From the NCBI RefSeq assembly GCF_009914755.1, contig NC_060946.1: 64,000 bases of DNA; one strand, given 5' to 3'. Both the position numbers and the translations under genes were made by a program. This document shows, piece after piece, positions 59,901 to 64,000 of the stretch (its first letter is position 1; each line of letters begins with the position of its first letter). Source of the DNA: the human T2T-CHM13v2.0 reference genome, Homo sapiens. The notes beneath the pieces were generated by a model. The model did not search any database, was not told the DNA's origin, and saw nothing but the letters and a program-made list of their open reading frames with translations.

Positions 59901-60317
59901 TTAGGGCCTGGGCCTGTCCTGCTCTGGGGCCCTTGCCCTTGAAGTGCAGCTTGGTAACCAGTAGCACAGGGCTCTCCTCCAGCTGTCCCCTCCTGCTCTG
60001 GTCTGAGCTGGTCTTTTTCTACCACGTGGAAATTCTGGCTTGCAGATTCCTTCCTGCAGCAGTCCTCTGCTCGGAGCCCTCAGCCACTCTGCTGCTCTCA
60101 CAAAGACCCTCTGGGCAGCCCTGAGAGATGGCAACCCCTCCAGAGGACCTTCCCTCTCCCACTGGACTCTGGTCATCATTGGCATGTGCGTTATTCATTG
60201 TCAGGCCTGTATTCACCCCCACTGTCTGTGCTGTGAGCTCCAGATGGCAGGGCCTGAGCCCATCGCTACCCCTCTACCTTTATAGGGCTGTTTCATATAC
60301 GAATGAGTTAATATATG

Positions 60318-61061
60318 TGTATCAGTCAGGGTTCTCCAGAAAAACCTCTTGCTCTATCTATGTAGTGAGAGGTCTATCTACATATAGAGAGAAATTTATT
60401 TTAAGAAATTGGCTTGGCTGGGCATGGCGGCTCATGCCTCTAATCCCAGCACTTTTGGAGGCCAAAGCAGGTGGATTGCTTGAGCTCAGGAGTTCCAGAC
60501 AAGCCTGGCCAACACAGCAAAACCCTGTCTCTACAAAAAACACAAAAGAATAACCGGGCAGGTGGCACACACCTGTAGTCCCAGCTACTTAGGAGGCTGA
60601 AGTGGGAGAATCACCTGAGCTCAGAAGCTTGAAGCTGCACTGGGCCATGGTCATGCTACTGGGTGGCAGAGTGAGATCCTGTCTCAAAAAAAAAAAATTA
60701 GCTGACAGGATTGTGGGGTGGCAAGTTTAGAATCTGTTGGGCAGGCTGGAAATTTGAAGAAGAGTTGATGTTAGGGTCTTGAGTTTGAAATCTGCAGGCT
60801 GAAAACTCAGGCAGGCTTCCTATATTGCAGTCTTGAAGCAGAATTTCCCTTTCTTCAGGAAATCTCAGTCTTTGCTTTTAACTCCAACTGATTGGATGAG
60901 GCCCACCTATACGATGGACAGTAATCACGTTACTCAAAAGCTACTGATTTAAGCACTCAGCACATCTGAGAAGTGCCTTTACCATAACACCAGGACTGGT
61001 ATTTGACCAAAGAACTGGGCACCGTGGCCCAGCAAAGTGCACACATAAAACTTTCCGTAGA
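60318..61061 (-). mobile_element. ERVL LTR (MLT2C/D-type) containing an Alu
   Basis: tgtatcagtcagggttctccaga...caactgattggatgaggcccacc...tttgaccaaagaactgggcacc. Confidence 0.85.
60416..60697 (+). mobile_element. AluJ
   Basis: gattgcttgagctcaggagttc J diagnostics; AAATTRGCT duplication. Confidence 0.93.
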
Positions 61062-62516
61062 ATAGTGTGTGGTGAATAGGACACATTCAATAATTGTAGC
61101 AATTATTAGCTATCTGCAAGTGAATACTCAGTTTCTACTGAATCACTTAATAGATTTAATACTTTTTAAAGAGTTCAAAGAATTATTTTTTGACATGGAG
61201 AACCTGATACAAACTTCCCACCATGTTGCATGGCATTTCAGAACATTCGAAGACTTGGTGAACCACAGGGTTCCATCTGGGTAAAGAACTCATTAAGGTC
61301 CCCCTGGTTTTAATTTCTATGATGTCGTTATTTTATTAGTCTTCTTAGGCAAAACAAAAAATGTTGTTTGCCTTTTTGTAATAAAGTAACACCTAGAAAG
61401 CCATGAGATTATGAGCATATTTGAGGATTTCTATTTGGAATCATTTTATATTCATGGACTTTAATTGGAAAGCGTGCAGTTACCTGGCTGGAGGTTTATC
61501 TCAGCCGGCTTGATACATTCTCTGTGATTATGAGTGAGGAAGCTGCCTGGAGAAAGCCTATTTTTACATAATGCAGTTTTTCATGGTGTTTTTGTTTTCA
61601 CAAAGATAAAATAATTGTGGTGAAGTGGACAGAGAGACTCCTGCCTTTTTATTTTTCTTTTTCAGGCTTGTTGTAGTAGACTCTTAAAAATGTCAAAACA
61701 AATCACCAATTTTGGTATGTTTATTATACTTTTTCTCATCTTTATTGAGAGAAAACACTTTTTTTTAACCTGAAGAATTACATGGGTAAATTTCCACAAC
61801 AGATGTTTACTAAGAAAGTATGGTGCTGACATATTCTAGAATAATGGCTTTTACTAGATGAGTGGTTGATGGCACTTGGAGTTGGCATGGTGAAAATGGG
61901 CCTTTCTAACCAGTCAGATGGTCCTCCAAAATGCACAGAGGCAATTTGGGAATTATTTAATATTGTTGGAACCATTGTACACTTAGAATAAACAAATGCT
62001 TGCTTAAATTAGACAAATTTTATTTTTTTACCAGTCATTTGTGGAAATTTCATAAATACATTTCACACATCTGGGTAACTTCCTCATTCCAATTATATTC
62101 CTTAGCTCAACGTGAAGCCTTTGCATGACTCAAACTCCTTTGAAATGGACAGAAATGCATCATTACTCTTTGGAAACTTTAGTAGTCCCTAGGACTTGTA
62201 CAGAAACGAGCAAATTCTGGATCTGTTTCAGTCACAACGCTAAAGAGTGAAATAAAACAGTGAGGAATTCTGGTGGGGCTTGAACAAAAGAAGTCTGAAA
62301 TTTCTAAACACTATACTTGGATTCAATAGTTGAATTTTTATGCTGTGCACATTGTACATTTTGTAAATATGTCTTTAATATGATTTACTGAAACACAGCC
62401 TAACAACTGCAGAGGATACAGGGGACTGGACATACTGAGCAAGTGCTGTGCTTTTTCTCATTTGTTAATTTTAGTATGTGCTATTATGTGTACATTTATG
62501 AGAAATCTCAAATCAC

Positions 62517-62806
<290 letters not shown>

Positions 62807-63089
62807 TCTCAAAACACTTTTATAAAGGGTTGATGCTGCCTAAAAAATACAAACACAAGATACACACAAACACACACACGCACTTCTATAGACAGTCTTA
62901 ATGTGAATGCCAGGAGAAATAAAATGATCCAACACAAAATATGTTTCATGTTTTGCACACATTAGATGCCCAATAATCATTATCAATCACAGAAAAACTG
63001 AAGATACCAGTTGAATATTTGAGAATTGAAGGATTTCTCTGTGTGGTAAAATGAGGCATATGTTATTTCTCGTGTCTTTTCATCCCAGG

Positions 63090-63623
63090 TGTATTAGCGT
63101 TCTCCAGAGGGACAGGACTAATAAGATAGATGTGTATATGAAGGGGACTTTATTAAGGGGCATTGACTAACACCATCATAAGGTGAAGTTCCACAATAGG
63201 CCATCTGCTTGGCTGAGGAGCAAGGAAGCCAGTTCAAGTCCCGGAACCTCAAAAGTAGGGAATTCGACAGTGCAGCCTTCAATCTGTAGCCAAAGGCCTG
63301 AGAGCCCCTGGCAAACCACTGCTGTAGGTGTAAGAGTCCAAAAGCTGAAGAACTTGGAGTCTGATGTTCCAGGGCAGGAAGCATCCAGCATGGGAGAAAG
63401 ATGAAGGCCGGAAGATTCAGCCAGTCTAGTCCTTCCATGTTCCTCTGCCTGCTTTTATCGTAGCCGCGCTGGCAGCTGAGTAGATGGTGCCCACTCACAT
63501 TGAGGGTGGGTCTGCCTCTCCCAGTCCACTGACTCAAATGTTAATCTAACACCCCCACAGACACACCCAGGAACAACACTTTCCATCCTTCAATCAAGTT
63601 GATGCTCAGTATTAGCCATCAGA
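63090..63623 (-). mobile_element. MLT2A (MLT2A2-like) LTR, 3' LTR of a HERV-L provirus
   Basis: tgtattag...ttctccagagggacaggactaata...gggtctgcctctcccagtccactgactcaaatgttaatct...ctcagtattagccatc. Confidence 0.9.
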
Positions 63624-64000
63624 AGTCCACCCCTTGTCACCTTGAACCCATACACAGCTCCTGAAATCATACATAATCTTCAAATAAAGACAATAATAAA
63701 TTCATAATTACAGCTAACATTATACAGCTATCCTTTGTACAACGGAAACATACTAATTCTTAACCTAAGTGCTATTACATAAAGTTAACGACACTTAAAT
63801 GCTGATATGAAGTCAGTAAATCTTATGTGATAAAGGAAAAAATAAAAACATATTTTCTTAGTATAAGTGTATACACGAACAAATACGTTCTTAAAATAAG
63901 GAAGAAATACTCATGATAATTACAGTTGTCGTTTCTGCAGCTGGTCATGTGGTATTAATGACTGCTTTTTTCTACTACCCATTCTGTATTCCCTTTGCCT
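63624..64000 (-). mobile_element. HERV-L internal sequence (3' end), continuing beyond the window
   Basis: Polypurine tract (minus strand AAGGGTGGACT) abuts the LTR; followed by HERVL-int-like ttgaacccatacac...ttcaaataaagacaataa. Confidence 0.85.

Overview
Primate (most likely human) genomic DNA with no recognisable protein-coding gene, RNA gene or CRISPR array. The window is dominated by interspersed repeats: about 22 Alu copies or fragments, long decayed L1M tracts, L2/MIR remnants, more than 15 MaLR/ERV1/ERVL LTRs (several with visible target-site duplications, TSDs), DNA-transposon fossils, an ERVL pol fossil and the edge of a HERV-L provirus. Repeat subfamily names come from recalled consensus sequences and need RepeatMasker/Dfam confirmation. 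I could not identify the locus and see no demonstrable novel biological system. The best leads are: (1) a near-perfect 17 x 60-bp VNTR open on both strands (49886-50905); (2) a chain of splice sites suggesting an LTR-initiated multi-exon lncRNA (about 1.3-8.7 kb); (3) a 357-codon non-repeat ORF with a strong Kozak ATG beside a GATA/AP-1/CACCC cluster (33.7-34.8 kb); (4) a G4/CTG/GAA/CA non-B DNA cluster; (5) a very young 147-bp L1 insertion.
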